Positions 49,751-60,918 of a stretch of DNA of 64,000 nt are shown piece by piece. The DNA lies in assembly GCA_044440125.1 (NCBI GenBank), contig JBITAJ010000027.1, positions 160,001 through 224,000 on the forward strand, read 5' to 3'. A model generated the notes under the pieces. That model worked only from the letters and a program-made list of their open reading frames with translations, was not told the origin of the DNA and ran no database searches. The DNA comes from Sedimentisphaeraceae bacterium JB056 (GTDB lineage Bacteria > Planctomycetota > Phycisphaerae > Sedimentisphaerales > Sedimentisphaeraceae). The translations under genes were made by a program, and so were the position numbers. Positions within the stretch are counted from its first letter, which is position 1. Each line of letters begins with the position of its first letter.

Positions 49751-51460
49751 TTAAGACATCTTGTCGAACAAGTCTAATCCGTCCATTTCGTCAAGGGCTT
49801 TGCCTGCGGGTACCATTGGCCATACGTTTTCTTCAGGTTCGATCCTGAAGTCGATTAGGCATGGGCCTTTTTCTGCAAGCATCTTGGTTATGGCCGGCTT
49901 GATATCTTCTTTTTTCTCAACAGTTATGCCTACAGCACCCATTGCCTGAGCAACTTCAGCAAAACTTGGACTTTTCAGCGAGCTTTGAGAATAACGGTGG
50001 CCATAGAAAAGCTCCTGCCACTGCCTTACCATTCCCATGTAGCCGTTGTTGAGTATTACAACTTTTACGGGCAAGTCGTACATAACTGCTGTGGAAAGCT
50101 CAGTTAATGTCATATTAAAGCTGCTGTCACCATCAATGTCTATAACAGTGCTGTCTGGATTGGCGATTTGGGCTCCGATTGCTGCCGGAAGACCGAACCC
50201 CATTGTTCCAAGGCCGCCTGATGTTACTAAATGTCTTGGCTTACTGAACTTATAGAACTGTGCGGTCCACATTTGGTGCTGTCCTACGCCAGTAGCGATG
50301 ATAGCATCACTGCCTGCCTGCCTGTTAAGCTCTTCTATTACTTCCTGAGGCTTTATGCTCTCAGATGTCTTGTCGTAAGTGAACGGGAAATTCTGCTTCC
50401 ACTCATTAATCTGGTCAAACCACTCTTTGCGTTCTTTATGTTCAACGAGTTCTTTGAGCTTGGAGAGTATCTTCTTGGCATCGCCTACTACAGGTATGTC
50501 AACATTAACGTTTTTCGCAATACTTGCCGGATCGATATCGATATGCAGTATCTTTGCATTTGGACAGAAGGTTTTCAGTGTACCTGTAACCCTGTCATCA
50601 AATCTCGACCCGATTGCTATAAGCAGGTCACTGTTTTGTATCGCATAGTTGGCGTAAGCACTTCCGTGCATACCGGGCATATCAAGAGAGTTAGGCTTGG
50701 TCTGGTCGTAGCATCCAAGACCCATAAGCGTCATGGTAACAGGCAAGTTGGCCTTGTCTGCCATTTCGCTGAGCTCTTTTGATGCTCCTGCTATTACAAC
50801 GCCGCCGCCGACATACAAAACTGGTCTCTGGCTTTCGTTTATAGCTTGCGCAGCCGTTTCTATCTGCCTTGTATGGCCTTCTTTGCGTACCCTGTAGCCG
50901 GGCATACTTATAGGAGTAGGGGGCAAGAACTCGGTCTGAGAAACAAGAACGTCAACCGGAATATCGATCAGAACCGGTCCGGGGCGTCCGGTTGAGGCAA
51001 TATAAAAGGCCTGTCGCATTTCATCTGCAAGATCTTTTATGTCCTTAACTATAACGTTATGTTTTGTGATAGGTCGGGTTATACCTGTTGTGTCTACTTC
51101 CTGAAAAGCGTCACCGCCTATAAGCTCAGTTCTTACCTGGCCGGTTATGGCAACCAGGGGTACTGAATCAAGCATTGCGGTAGCAAGGGCGGTAACAAGG
51201 TTTGTAGCACCGGGTCCGCTTGTGGCTATCATAACGCCGGTTTTACCTGTGACACGCGCATAAGCATCGGCCATATGGCAGCCGCCTTGTTCATGTCGGG
51301 GGATGATGAAATTGAAGTCTGTGTTGTAGAGCTCATCGAAAAGCGGCAAAACAACGCCGCCAAGATAACCGAATAAGGTATCTACTTTCTGCTCTTTCAG
51401 GATCTCAACAACTATTTGTGAGCCCTTTTTCATAGTGCCGTTAGTAGGCGCATTTTTCAT
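49751..51460 (-). CDS. ilvB: Acetolactate synthase large subunit
   Basis: RHEQGGCHMADAYAR, TSGPGATN, DAFQE, GVGQHQMW, GGLGTMGFG, GDSSF, GMVRQWQ. Confidence 0.97.
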   Translation of the reverse strand: MKNAPTNGTMKKGSQIVVEILKEQKVDTLFGYLGGVVLPLFDELYNTDFNFIIPRHEQGGCHMADAYARVTGKTGVMIATSGPGATNLVTALATAMLDSVPLVAITGQVRTELIGGDAFQEVDTTGITRPITKHNVIVKDIKDLADEMRQAFYIASTGRPGPVLIDIPVDVLVSQTEFLPPTPISMPGYRVRKEGHTRQIETAAQAINESQRPVLYVGGGVVIAGASKELSEMADKANLPVTMTLMGLGCYDQTKPNSLDMPGMHGSAYANYAIQNSDLLIAIGSRFDDRVTGTLKTFCPNAKILHIDIDPASIAKNVNVDIPVVGDAKKILSKLKELVEHKERKEWFDQINEWKQNFPFTYDKTSESIKPQEVIEELNRQAGSDAIIATGVGQHQMWTAQFYKFSKPRHLVTSGGLGTMGFGLPAAIGAQIANPDSTVIDIDGDSSFNMTLTELSTAVMYDLPVKVVILNNGYMGMVRQWQELFYGHRYSQSSLKSPSFAEVAQAMGAVGITVEKKEDIKPAITKMLAEKGPCLIDFRIEPEENVWPMVPAGKALDEMDGLDLFDKMS

Positions 51461-51663
51461 AGTCTTTCCTTTCCTGACTAACTTATATATTGTTATCGCG
51501 TGCGTTGTGGTCCAGAAGGCTTTTCAATGATGCCAGAAAGTTTTCCCCGGAAAACTGACCGACTTACTATTGATTTTCACCTATTCCACAGGCACGTTTA
51601 TCACTGCCTTAAATGTGTATCAGGTTGATACAGAGAAGTCGTTACCCACTGTATCAAAGGTCA

Positions 51664-51691
51664 ATTTTACTATTTATACGGTATTTGTCAA
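51664..51691 (-). promoter_or_regulatory. Putative sigma70 promoter of ilvBNC
   Basis: Minus strand TTGACA (51686-51691), 16 bp spacer, TAAAAT (51664-51669). Confidence 0.55.
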
Positions 51692-51831
51692 TACTCAAAG
51701 TGTTTTCATATGATTAAGAGGTATAAATTAGTTGCGAATTCGGCCCTTTTATGCTAACTTATTACTACTGAAGTAGGAAGTTTTGGCAGTTTGAATCAGA
51801 TATTATTAAAATATTATAAGGAAAAGACACT

Positions 51832-52632
51832 TTGAAGAATATTTTAACGAAGATAATCATCACTTTATTGTTAACAACTCCTATTTTTGCTCAAAAACAA
51901 TCTTACGCACCTTACATATCTATAAATAAATGGATAACAGAATCCAGATATGATCTTGATGCCTTGGCCGGCCAGCCTTATCTTGTGGAATTCTGGGCCA
52001 CATGGTGTTCTCCCTGTATCGCAAATATGCCTCGTATGGAAGATATATACGAAGAGTATTCGCCTAAAGGGTTACGTATGATAGGTTTATCTGTCGATCG
52101 TGACATCAGCAGTCTTGAAAAATTCGTGGAAAAGCACGAAATATCTTACCCAATAGCGGCTGACTCAGATACTCAAAACCGTTATGGTGTTCGCGGTATA
52201 CCCGCAGCTTTTCTTGTTGATGCAGCCGGGTATGTTGTCTGGAGCGGTCATCCTGGGGATAGATCACTCGACAGGGCGTTGAAATCTGTTTTTAAGTATT
52301 CGCCGCCTCCTATTCTTGAAGATATTGATTTAAGCCAGTTCAAAGATATAAATGCTGATTTCGGCACAGGCCACAGGTTTTCGCAGGTTTATGCATCGCT
52401 TAAGAAGCATGCTTCTTCGACCGGAGAACTTAACGACAAAGCTAAGGATGTGATAAATGAGATAAATATCCGTTTGAAGAAGAGGATTGCTTTTGCAGAC
52501 AAACTTCTTGAACGCAAGAAAGTCAAGGCTGCAGTTGATGTGTATACATCAACTCTTAAGAACTATCCTGGAGTCCAAATTACAGAAGAACTTGACGAAA
52601 AAATAAAACAGATTGAGAACGATTTGACTTAA
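51832..52632 (+). CDS. TlpA/ResA-family thiol-disulfide oxidoreductase
   Basis: Signal peptide; EFWATWCSPC; YGVRGIP. Confidence 0.88.
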   Translation: MKNILTKIIITLLLTTPIFAQKQSYAPYISINKWITESRYDLDALAGQPYLVEFWATWCSPCIANMPRMEDIYEEYSPKGLRMIGLSVDRDISSLEKFVEKHEISYPIAADSDTQNRYGVRGIPAAFLVDAAGYVVWSGHPGDRSLDRALKSVFKYSPPPILEDIDLSQFKDINADFGTGHRFSQVYASLKKHASSTGELNDKAKDVINEINIRLKKRIAFADKLLERKKVKAAVDVYTSTLKNYPGVQITEELDEKIKQIENDLT

Positions 52633-52668
52633 ATTCTTTTTTTTGAAATACTTAAACAAACTCTCCAG

Positions 52669-52700
52669 AATCCGCAAATAAAAAAGTTTGCGGATTTTTT
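52669..52700 (+). terminator. Intrinsic terminator
   Basis: AATCCGCAAA...TTTGCGGATT plus T tract. Confidence 0.7.
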
Positions 52701-52896
52701 GTGCAAAAATTTTCTATAATTAAGTTAGATGGGCATTTTATATGTTGCTAATGCCGCTCTTATTGTGTATAATTAGCCCGACTGTCCCCCTTTTGAGATT
52801 ACTTTTACAAGTTTCTACTCTTGAGGTCCGCAGTTAGATACATATACGTTAAATTAAGTAAAGATGAAATTTTCCGAATTATAAGGAGCCGATCTG

Positions 52897-54264
52897 ATGA
52901 CTGAAACAAAATTAGCACTCGAAAATGAGCAGAAATTTCTGGTCGAACATGCGAAAATGGCTAAAAAAGCAAATAGAATCGACCCTTCTTTGTTCGATTT
53001 TTATAATGCCAAGCGCGGTTTGAGAAATGAAGACGGAACGGGAGTACTTGTTGGCCTTACCGAAATAGGTAGTGTGCATGGTTATATTGTCGATGAGAAA
53101 GAGAAGGTTCCGGTAGACGGTTCTCTGCATTATCGTGGAATTAATATCTTCGATCTTGTAACCGGATTTATCTCAGGCGGAAGGTTTGGCTTTGAAGAGT
53201 CTGTATACCTGTTGCTGTTCGGTAAATTGCCGACTGCTAAGGAATTTGAAGAATTTTTGTCTGTGATGGAGATACATAGAGAGGTTGAGGATGTGTTTAT
53301 TGACACCATCTTGAAGGCTCCGAGTAGAAACGTGATGAACAAGCTTGCCAGAAGTGTTCTTACGCTTTATTCCTTTGACAGGAATCCGGAAGGCAGGAGC
53401 ATGAAGACAGTGCTTCGTCAATGTCTTACGATGATAGCGAAGTTCCCTTCAATATTAGCTTATGCTTATCAGGCAAAATCGCATTACTATGATCGTAAGA
53501 GTCTCTTTATTCATAGGCCGCTTGCCGGTTTGAGTACTGCTGAAAACTTCCTCAGGCTGATACGTCCTGATGGTAAATTTACTAAGGTTGAAGCTGAGAC
53601 GCTTGATCTTGCTCTTGTGCTTCATGCTGAGCATGGCGGCGGTAACAACTCTACCTTTACAACACATGTTGTGAGCTCTTCTGATACTGATGTGTTTTCT
53701 TCAATAGCAGCGGCTATAGGTTCACTTAAAGGACTCAAGCATGGTGGTGCAAATATAAAAGTTGCAGAGATGTTTGACAATATCAAAGATAACGTAAAAG
53801 ACTGGAATGATGAAGGTGAAGTAGCTTCTTATATTGAAAAAATCATAAAGAAAGAAGCCTTCAATAAGACCGGTCTGGTTTACGGCATGGGGCATGCTGT
53901 CTATACTAAGTCTGATCCAAGAGCAATAGTTCTGAAAAAGAAAGTGGAAGAGCTTGTGGCTGAAAAGGATCGCCAGAAAGAGTATAATCTTTATCAGAAT
54001 GTTGAAAAGGTGACTCCGGGCGTGTTCGCTGAGGTTAAGGGCAGCGATAAGGTTATCAGTGCCAATGTAGATTTCTACTCAGGATTCGTTTATGATATGC
54101 TCGGAATACCGAGGGATCTCTACACTGCTATATTTGCTATGGCCCGTATCGCAGGATGGTCTGCGCACCTTATCGAAGAAATGGTCAGTGGTGGCAGGAT
54201 AATAAGGCCTGCTTACAAGAGCGTTTCCAAGCCAAAGGATTATACGGATATAAAGACAAGATAA
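52897..54264 (+). CDS. gltA: Citrate synthase
   Basis: LHAEHGGGNNSTF, HGGAN, GMGHAVY, ANVDFYSG, RIAGWSAH, IIRP. Confidence 0.93.
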   Translation: MTETKLALENEQKFLVEHAKMAKKANRIDPSLFDFYNAKRGLRNEDGTGVLVGLTEIGSVHGYIVDEKEKVPVDGSLHYRGINIFDLVTGFISGGRFGFEESVYLLLFGKLPTAKEFEEFLSVMEIHREVEDVFIDTILKAPSRNVMNKLARSVLTLYSFDRNPEGRSMKTVLRQCLTMIAKFPSILAYAYQAKSHYYDRKSLFIHRPLAGLSTAENFLRLIRPDGKFTKVEAETLDLALVLHAEHGGGNNSTFTTHVVSSSDTDVFSSIAAAIGSLKGLKHGGANIKVAEMFDNIKDNVKDWNDEGEVASYIEKIIKKEAFNKTGLVYGMGHAVYTKSDPRAIVLKKKVEELVAEKDRQKEYNLYQNVEKVTPGVFAEVKGSDKVISANVDFYSGFVYDMLGIPRDLYTAIFAMARIAGWSAHLIEEMVSGGRIIRPAYKSVSKPKDYTDIKTR

Positions 54265-54323
54265 GCTTATTCACCCTTAACGGGTAATTGCTATAAAAAA
54301 AGTTAAAATTCTCAAAATACCGC

Positions 54324-54396
54324 TTGACTTGAATGCCGTTTTTTGAGATACTATTACTTCGCACCTGATTTACAGGAGCGACTACGTTCTTTAAAA
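54324..54396 (+). promoter_or_regulatory. rRNA promoter and boxA-like antiterminator
   Basis: TTGACT (54324-54329), 17 bp spacer, TGa-GATACT; CGTTCTTTAAAA at 54385-54396. Confidence 0.65.
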
Positions 54397-54614
54397 ATTT
54401 AATAGTTGTAGATCCATTTATAATCGCAAAAGTGAGTGCCTTGATATATTCTGCTCAAGGATATGTCGGCAATTACAAGTGTACAATTTTTCTAAATCAC
54501 TACGAGCGAATTTAAGTAAATTAGATTTAGTGTTTAGAGCCAAAAAACAAAGCAACAGCTCTTTAGCTGTTTGTGCTTCTGTCAAGATTATTACCCCTTC
54601 GGGGGTTTTAATAT

Positions 54615-56159
<1,545 letters not shown>

Positions 56160-56262
56160 GATAACTTAGATCACTTGGTCTTGGCAATTATGCCACATTT
56201 AATAGATCAAGCGAGTTATGTCAGCCGCTTTTACGGTTTTGGACCTACAACTACGTAATTAT

Positions 56263-56297
56263 AAGCCTTCAAGGATTCGTTCTTGAAGGCTTTTTTC
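56263..56297 (+). terminator. Intrinsic terminator directly after 16S
   Basis: AAGCCTTCAAGGA-ttcg-TTCTTGAAGGCTTTTTT. Confidence 0.85.
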
Positions 56298-56310
56298 ATG
56301 CGCGGAGAAG

Positions 56311-56384
56311 CCCGCTCCTTCACAGTCACGGTACTGTTGAAAGTGGGTATTGTAGAGTCAGTACCGCGACTGTGAGGGAGCGGG
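56311..56384. repeat. REP-like inverted doublet (REPIN-like), 26-bp arms, 22-nt spacer
   Basis: CCCGCTCCTTCACAGTCACGGTACTG ... CAGTACCGCGACTGTGAGGGAGCGGG (24/26 complementary). Confidence 0.8.
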
Positions 56385-56471
56385 TAGTATCTTTGAGCTT
56401 GAAACTTTTTTGGGATTGGTGTATATTGGAGAGCTTCAAATTGTTGTATTTTTCTTTATAAGGCTGATTTT

Positions 56472-57464
56472 ATGGAAGAGGCAGTGACTGACCAGGCAGT
56501 TGAATATAAAAAGGCAAGGTTATACCCAAGGCTTCCTTTAGTTGGAATTATCCTTGCATTATCCTCGATTTTTACCATGGGGATTACTCTATGTTATTCT
56601 GTTGGAATCGGGATTGCCTGCTTAGTGAAGTTTTTCTGCAAATCTCAATATGGTCATTGGCAGCGTTTACTGTATTTAGCCGGATTCATAGCTCCTTTTT
56701 TGATGATAGGCTTTTTTCTTGATTTTGCAGGTATATTGGGGAGCATAAGCTTGATTTCCGCCTTGGTTTTCGGTGCATATTTTATTTCAATGACCTTTAA
56801 TAAAGATTCCATTCTTTCAGATGTACTGATGACGGTAATTGCTGTTTTGCCAATATTGGGGATGCTTTGGTTTCTCGCCGGAACTTCTGTGCTAAAAGAT
56901 TCCGCTCAATTGAGCCTGCTTCTTTTTTCAATTAGGTCAGGTATAGTGCTTTTGCCTTTCTTGACACTAATGATTATTATAAACAGATTCGTTACTGATA
57001 AGCTTAGCATCCAAATAGGCCGAATTGTTATACGATTAGTCTTGATTGCCGCATTACTTATGGTTCCTGGCAGGCGTTCGTTTACCGATCAAAATATGTT
57101 TTTGAAAGGTTTGGAGAAAACCGTTAGTGAAAATATAGATATTGAGGCTGTTGAAAATTGGCTCAAGACTCAGCCTATTCCTCAAGTTTCAGAGGATTCG
57201 GAAGAAGATGCTTTCATTACGGTTGCTTTAGAGCAGCAGCCTGATTTTGTAAAGACTTTTTCCGGCGGTAAGGATATTGATATCCGCTATAATCAGGAAC
57301 AGCAGAGGTTTTATGTATGTAAAGGCGATAGTATTATGACCGTGTTTTGCTTTTACTGGAAAATCTGTATAAGTTCTAAAGAAATTGAAGAATCGGTAGC
57401 TGAAAATGGAGAAATGGTTCTTTTGACACCATCAAGCTATATTTGGTGTGATTATTCAAGCTGA
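56472..57464 (+). CDS. Hypothetical polytopic membrane protein
   Basis: 330-aa ORF with about 6-7 hydrophobic segments and a soluble C-terminal domain. Confidence 0.7.
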   Translation: MEEAVTDQAVEYKKARLYPRLPLVGIILALSSIFTMGITLCYSVGIGIACLVKFFCKSQYGHWQRLLYLAGFIAPFLMIGFFLDFAGILGSISLISALVFGAYFISMTFNKDSILSDVLMTVIAVLPILGMLWFLAGTSVLKDSAQLSLLLFSIRSGIVLLPFLTLMIIINRFVTDKLSIQIGRIVIRLVLIAALLMVPGRRSFTDQNMFLKGLEKTVSENIDIEAVENWLKTQPIPQVSEDSEEDAFITVALEQQPDFVKTFSGGKDIDIRYNQEQQRFYVCKGDSIMTVFCFYWKICISSKEIEESVAENGEMVLLTPSSYIWCDYSS

Positions 57465-57510
57465 TGTCCATAAAAAGTCTAAGTGGGGCCCTTGGGTGGT
57501 CTAATATTTA

Positions 57511-57538
57511 TTGACAGGGCATTAATAGCGTTTATAAT
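57511..57538 (+). promoter_or_regulatory. Sigma70 promoter of argBDF
   Basis: TTGACA, 16 bp spacer, TATAAT. Confidence 0.7.
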
Positions 57539-57651
57539 ACTATGTTTTTACGTTTTATATCGTTTAGACATCTCGCCGTTGTCGGAGGATCAGAAAATTC
57601 CCCAGTGAATGTAAAACGGTGGTACTATTATTCTTTAGTAAGGTTAGACTT

Positions 57652-58527
57652 ATGGAAGATGCTATAAAAAAAGCGAAGGGATTAATCGAGGCGATGGAGT
57701 ATATCCGTCGGTTCCGCGATAAGATAGTTGTCATAAAACTTGGCGGCAGCATTCTTGAAGACACTGGTCTGCAAGAGAAGCTGCTCCGCGATGTTGTTTT
57801 TATGTCTACGGTCGGGATGCGTCCTATAATCGTGCATGGCGGCGGCAAGCATATTTCCAAGGCTATGCAGGAAGCCGGTATTGAGCCGGTTTGGGTTCAT
57901 GGCAGACGCTACACCGATGAACGTACACTGAAAATTGTTGAACATACGATAATCAATGAGGTTAACAAGCCGATATGCGACTTGCTTAATTCTATGGGTG
58001 CAGAAGCTATGGGGCTTCACTCCATGAGCAGTTGTGTGCTTTGGGCAAAGCCGCTGGAGTTGAAAACAGAAGAGGGCCGTAAGCTTGATGTCGGTCTTGT
58101 AGGTGAGGTTGACAAGGTTAACGCAGAGCTGCTTGTAAAGCTTTGTGCAGCGGGTACTATTCCGGTTATCGCTCCAGTAGGTGTTGATAAGACCGGTAAA
58201 AAGCTCAATATTAATGCCGACAGCGCAGCAGGTAAGGTTGCCGCGGCAGTGAAGGCTGAGAAATTTGTATTGCTGAGCGATACTCACGGTATTCTTAGCG
58301 ATGTCAACGATCCGGACAGCCGTATTTCTTCATTGAATGAAGATGAGGTTAAGGATCTGATAAGCAAGGGTGTTATTACATCCGGTATGCTGCCGAAAGT
58401 TGAGTCGTGTTTTACTGCTCTTGACGGCGGAGTGAAAAAGGCTCATACAATTGATGGGCGTATTGAGCATTCTCTTCTTCTTGAAATATATACAGAGAAG
58501 GGTATTGGTACTCAGATAGTTCATTGA
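57652..58527 (+). CDS. argB: Acetylglutamate kinase
   Basis: VIKLGGS, IVHGGGK, GRRYTD, NINAD, GMLPK, IDGR; ATG at 57652. Confidence 0.95.
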   Translation: MEDAIKKAKGLIEAMEYIRRFRDKIVVIKLGGSILEDTGLQEKLLRDVVFMSTVGMRPIIVHGGGKHISKAMQEAGIEPVWVHGRRYTDERTLKIVEHTIINEVNKPICDLLNSMGAEAMGLHSMSSCVLWAKPLELKTEEGRKLDVGLVGEVDKVNAELLVKLCAAGTIPVIAPVGVDKTGKKLNINADSAAGKVAAAVKAEKFVLLSDTHGILSDVNDPDSRISSLNEDEVKDLISKGVITSGMLPKVESCFTALDGGVKKAHTIDGRIEHSLLLEIYTEKGIGTQIVH

Positions 58528-58549
58528 TTGAGCAATAAGCAATTAGCAA

Positions 58550-58575
58550 CAGTACCGCGACTGGTAAGGAGCGGG
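58550..58575. repeat. Single REP-like copy
   Basis: CAGTACCGCGACTGGTAAGGAGCGGG, 23/26 identical to 56359-56384. Confidence 0.75.
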
Positions 58576-58598
58576 AAAATTATAAAAGGCTGTAAATT

Positions 58599-59813
58599 AT
58601 GAATACACAAGAAATAATAGCTCTTTTTGATAAATACGTGATAGCCAATTACGGCAGGTTGCCCAAAGCAATTGTAAAGGGTGAAGGTAACTGGCTGTTT
58701 GATGCTGAAGGAAACAAGATTCTTGATATGTTTCCGGGATGGGCGGTAAGCGGCATTGGTCATTGCCATCCAAAGGTATCTGCGGCTATAAAAAAGCAGG
58801 CCGATCAGCTTCTGCACATAGACAATACATTTTACACTTACGAGCAGGGCAGGCTTGCACAGCTTATAAGTGAGAACAGTTTTGGCGGCAAATGCTTCTT
58901 CTGTAACAGTGGAGCTGAGGCCAACGAAGCGGCGATAAAACTTGCACGTCTTGCGACATCAGAAGGCAAGTATCGTATTATAACGACTGAAAACAGTTTT
59001 CACGGGCGTACCTTTGCAGCTATAACAGCTACAGGTCAGCCGAAATATCATAAGGGTTTCATGCCTCTGCTGCCTGGATTCCGCTATGTACCGTTCAATG
59101 ATGTTGCCGCTCTTGAGGAAGCATTCGATGATGAGACAGCGGCAGTAATGATTGAGCCTATACAGGGCGAGGGCGGCGTCAATGTCGCTACTGAAGAGTA
59201 TATGCTTAAGATACGTGAGCTTTGCGATGCCAACGGTGCGGTTATGATACTTGATGAAGTGCAGACCGGAATGGGACGTACAGGCAAGTGGTTCGGCTAC
59301 CAGCATTACGGTATTGAGCCGGATATCATGACTCTTGCCAAGGCGCTTGGCGGCGGAGCGGCAATTGGTGCCATGACTGCTAAGAGTGCTATTGCTGCTT
59401 CACTGAGACCGGGAACTCACGCTTCTACCTTTGGCGGCAACTCAATTGCATGTGCCGCGGCTATTGCTACTTTTGAAGCTATAGAAGAAGAAAATCTTAT
59501 TGATAATGCTGTTGCAATGGGTCAATATGCCTGTGAAAAGCTCGAAGAGATAGCGGCAAAATTCCCGGTGATCGACCATATAAGAGGGAAATCTTTGATG
59601 ATCGGCATACAGCTCAAGATATCAGGAGCAGAAATAGTAAGTAAGTGTCTTGAAAGAGGGTTGCGTATAAATTGCACACATGATACCGTTGTACGTTTTA
59701 TGCCATCGATGACAGTGACAAAAGAGCAGCTCGATCAGGCCCTTGAGATATTCGAGTCTGTTCTTGCCGAGATCGCTCCTAAAGAAGAAGAGCTTGACAA
59801 TGAGGATAATTAG
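58599..59813 (+). CDS. argD: Acetylornithine aminotransferase
   Basis: FCNSGAEANEAAIK, SFHGRT, EPIQGEGG, DEVQTGMGRTG, TLAKALGGG. Confidence 0.93.
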   Translation: MNTQEIIALFDKYVIANYGRLPKAIVKGEGNWLFDAEGNKILDMFPGWAVSGIGHCHPKVSAAIKKQADQLLHIDNTFYTYEQGRLAQLISENSFGGKCFFCNSGAEANEAAIKLARLATSEGKYRIITTENSFHGRTFAAITATGQPKYHKGFMPLLPGFRYVPFNDVAALEEAFDDETAAVMIEPIQGEGGVNVATEEYMLKIRELCDANGAVMILDEVQTGMGRTGKWFGYQHYGIEPDIMTLAKALGGGAAIGAMTAKSAIAASLRPGTHASTFGGNSIACAAAIATFEAIEEENLIDNAVAMGQYACEKLEEIAAKFPVIDHIRGKSLMIGIQLKISGAEIVSKCLERGLRINCTHDTVVRFMPSMTVTKEQLDQALEIFESVLAEIAPKEEELDNEDN

Positions 59814-59907
59814 ACATGAGGCGTGAGCCTTATAAACAGGAGTGAGCAATAGCGAACACCTCAATTAATTATCAATTGTCAACTATTAATTGAACACGGA
59901 GATAATA

Positions 59908-60819
59908 ATGAAACATTTTCTTTCTATAAACGATTGTACAACTGAGCAGCTCAAAGAGCTTCTTGAGCTCTCGATAGACCTAAAAAAGCTTTATAAGTCT
60001 GGCGGACGTGATTTGTGTCTGGCAGGCAAAGTGCTTGCGATGCTTTTCGAGAAGCCGAGCCTTCGTACTCGCATGAGTTTTCAGACGGCCATGATTAATC
60101 TTGGCGGCAGTGCTATTTATGTTAAGCCTGAGGATGTCGGCGGAATTGGAAAACGTGAGCCGGTAAAGGATTTTGCACGTGTACTCAGCGGCTATGTTCA
60201 TGGCATAATGGCTCGTACATTTGCCCATGAGACTGCTACTGGTCTGGCACAGTGGGGAAGCGTACCGGTTATAAATGCCTTGACTGATTACTCGCATCCT
60301 TGCCAGGCAATGGCGGATGTGCAGACTATAATCGAGTCGTTCGGCAAATGCGAAGGGATCAAGATTGCCTATATCGGTGATGGCAACAATGTTGCGCGTT
60401 CACTTGCCAATGTATGTGCGAAGCTTGATATGTCTATCGTTGTGGCTTCTCCTGCCGGTTATGAGCTTGACAGTGAATCTATTGACGTGGCCAATGATAT
60501 CGCTGCCGGTACAGCAAAGCAAATCTCCGATCCGCTTGAAGCAGTCAAGGATGCTGATGTGATCTATACCGATACATGGACAAGCATGGGCCAGGAAGCA
60601 GAGAAGGAAAAACGCATAAAGGATTTCACCGGTTATCAGGTAAATGAGGATATGCTTGCCGCGGCTCCGAGCCATGCGAAGGTAATGCACTGTCTGCCGG
60701 CATATCGCGGACTTGAGATTACTGATGAAGTGATCGAGGGTAAGCAGTCGATAATATTTGAGGAAGCGGAAAATCGTCTCCACTTCCAGAGAGCACTGCT
60801 CAAAAGTCTGCTTCAGTAA
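59908..60819 (+). CDS. argF: Ornithine carbamoyltransferase
   Basis: FEKPSLRTR, HPCQ, YTDTWTSMG, MHCLP, EAENR; GGAG RBS before ATG 59908. Confidence 0.95.
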   Translation: MKHFLSINDCTTEQLKELLELSIDLKKLYKSGGRDLCLAGKVLAMLFEKPSLRTRMSFQTAMINLGGSAIYVKPEDVGGIGKREPVKDFARVLSGYVHGIMARTFAHETATGLAQWGSVPVINALTDYSHPCQAMADVQTIIESFGKCEGIKIAYIGDGNNVARSLANVCAKLDMSIVVASPAGYELDSESIDVANDIAAGTAKQISDPLEAVKDADVIYTDTWTSMGQEAEKEKRIKDFTGYQVNEDMLAAAPSHAKVMHCLPAYRGLEITDEVIEGKQSIIFEEAENRLHFQRALLKSLLQ

Positions 60820-60842
60820 GAAAGAAACTTGAATAAAATATC

Positions 60843-60881
60843 AAAAGCCGCAATGACTGTAAAAGTGATTGCGGCTTTTTT
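60843..60881. terminator. Bidirectional terminator
   Basis: AAAAGCCGCAAT...ATTGCGGCTTTTT between convergent genes. Confidence 0.8.
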
Positions 60882-60918
60882 AATGCTGATTTTCAGATGT
60901 TTTGAGCATATCAATATC

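Noticed and set aside
51490..51600. ykkC/ppGpp riboswitch or T-box in the ilvB leader
   Set aside because: Only a short AAAAGCC resemblance; core AGGGUUCCG and GGUGGUACC consensus absent
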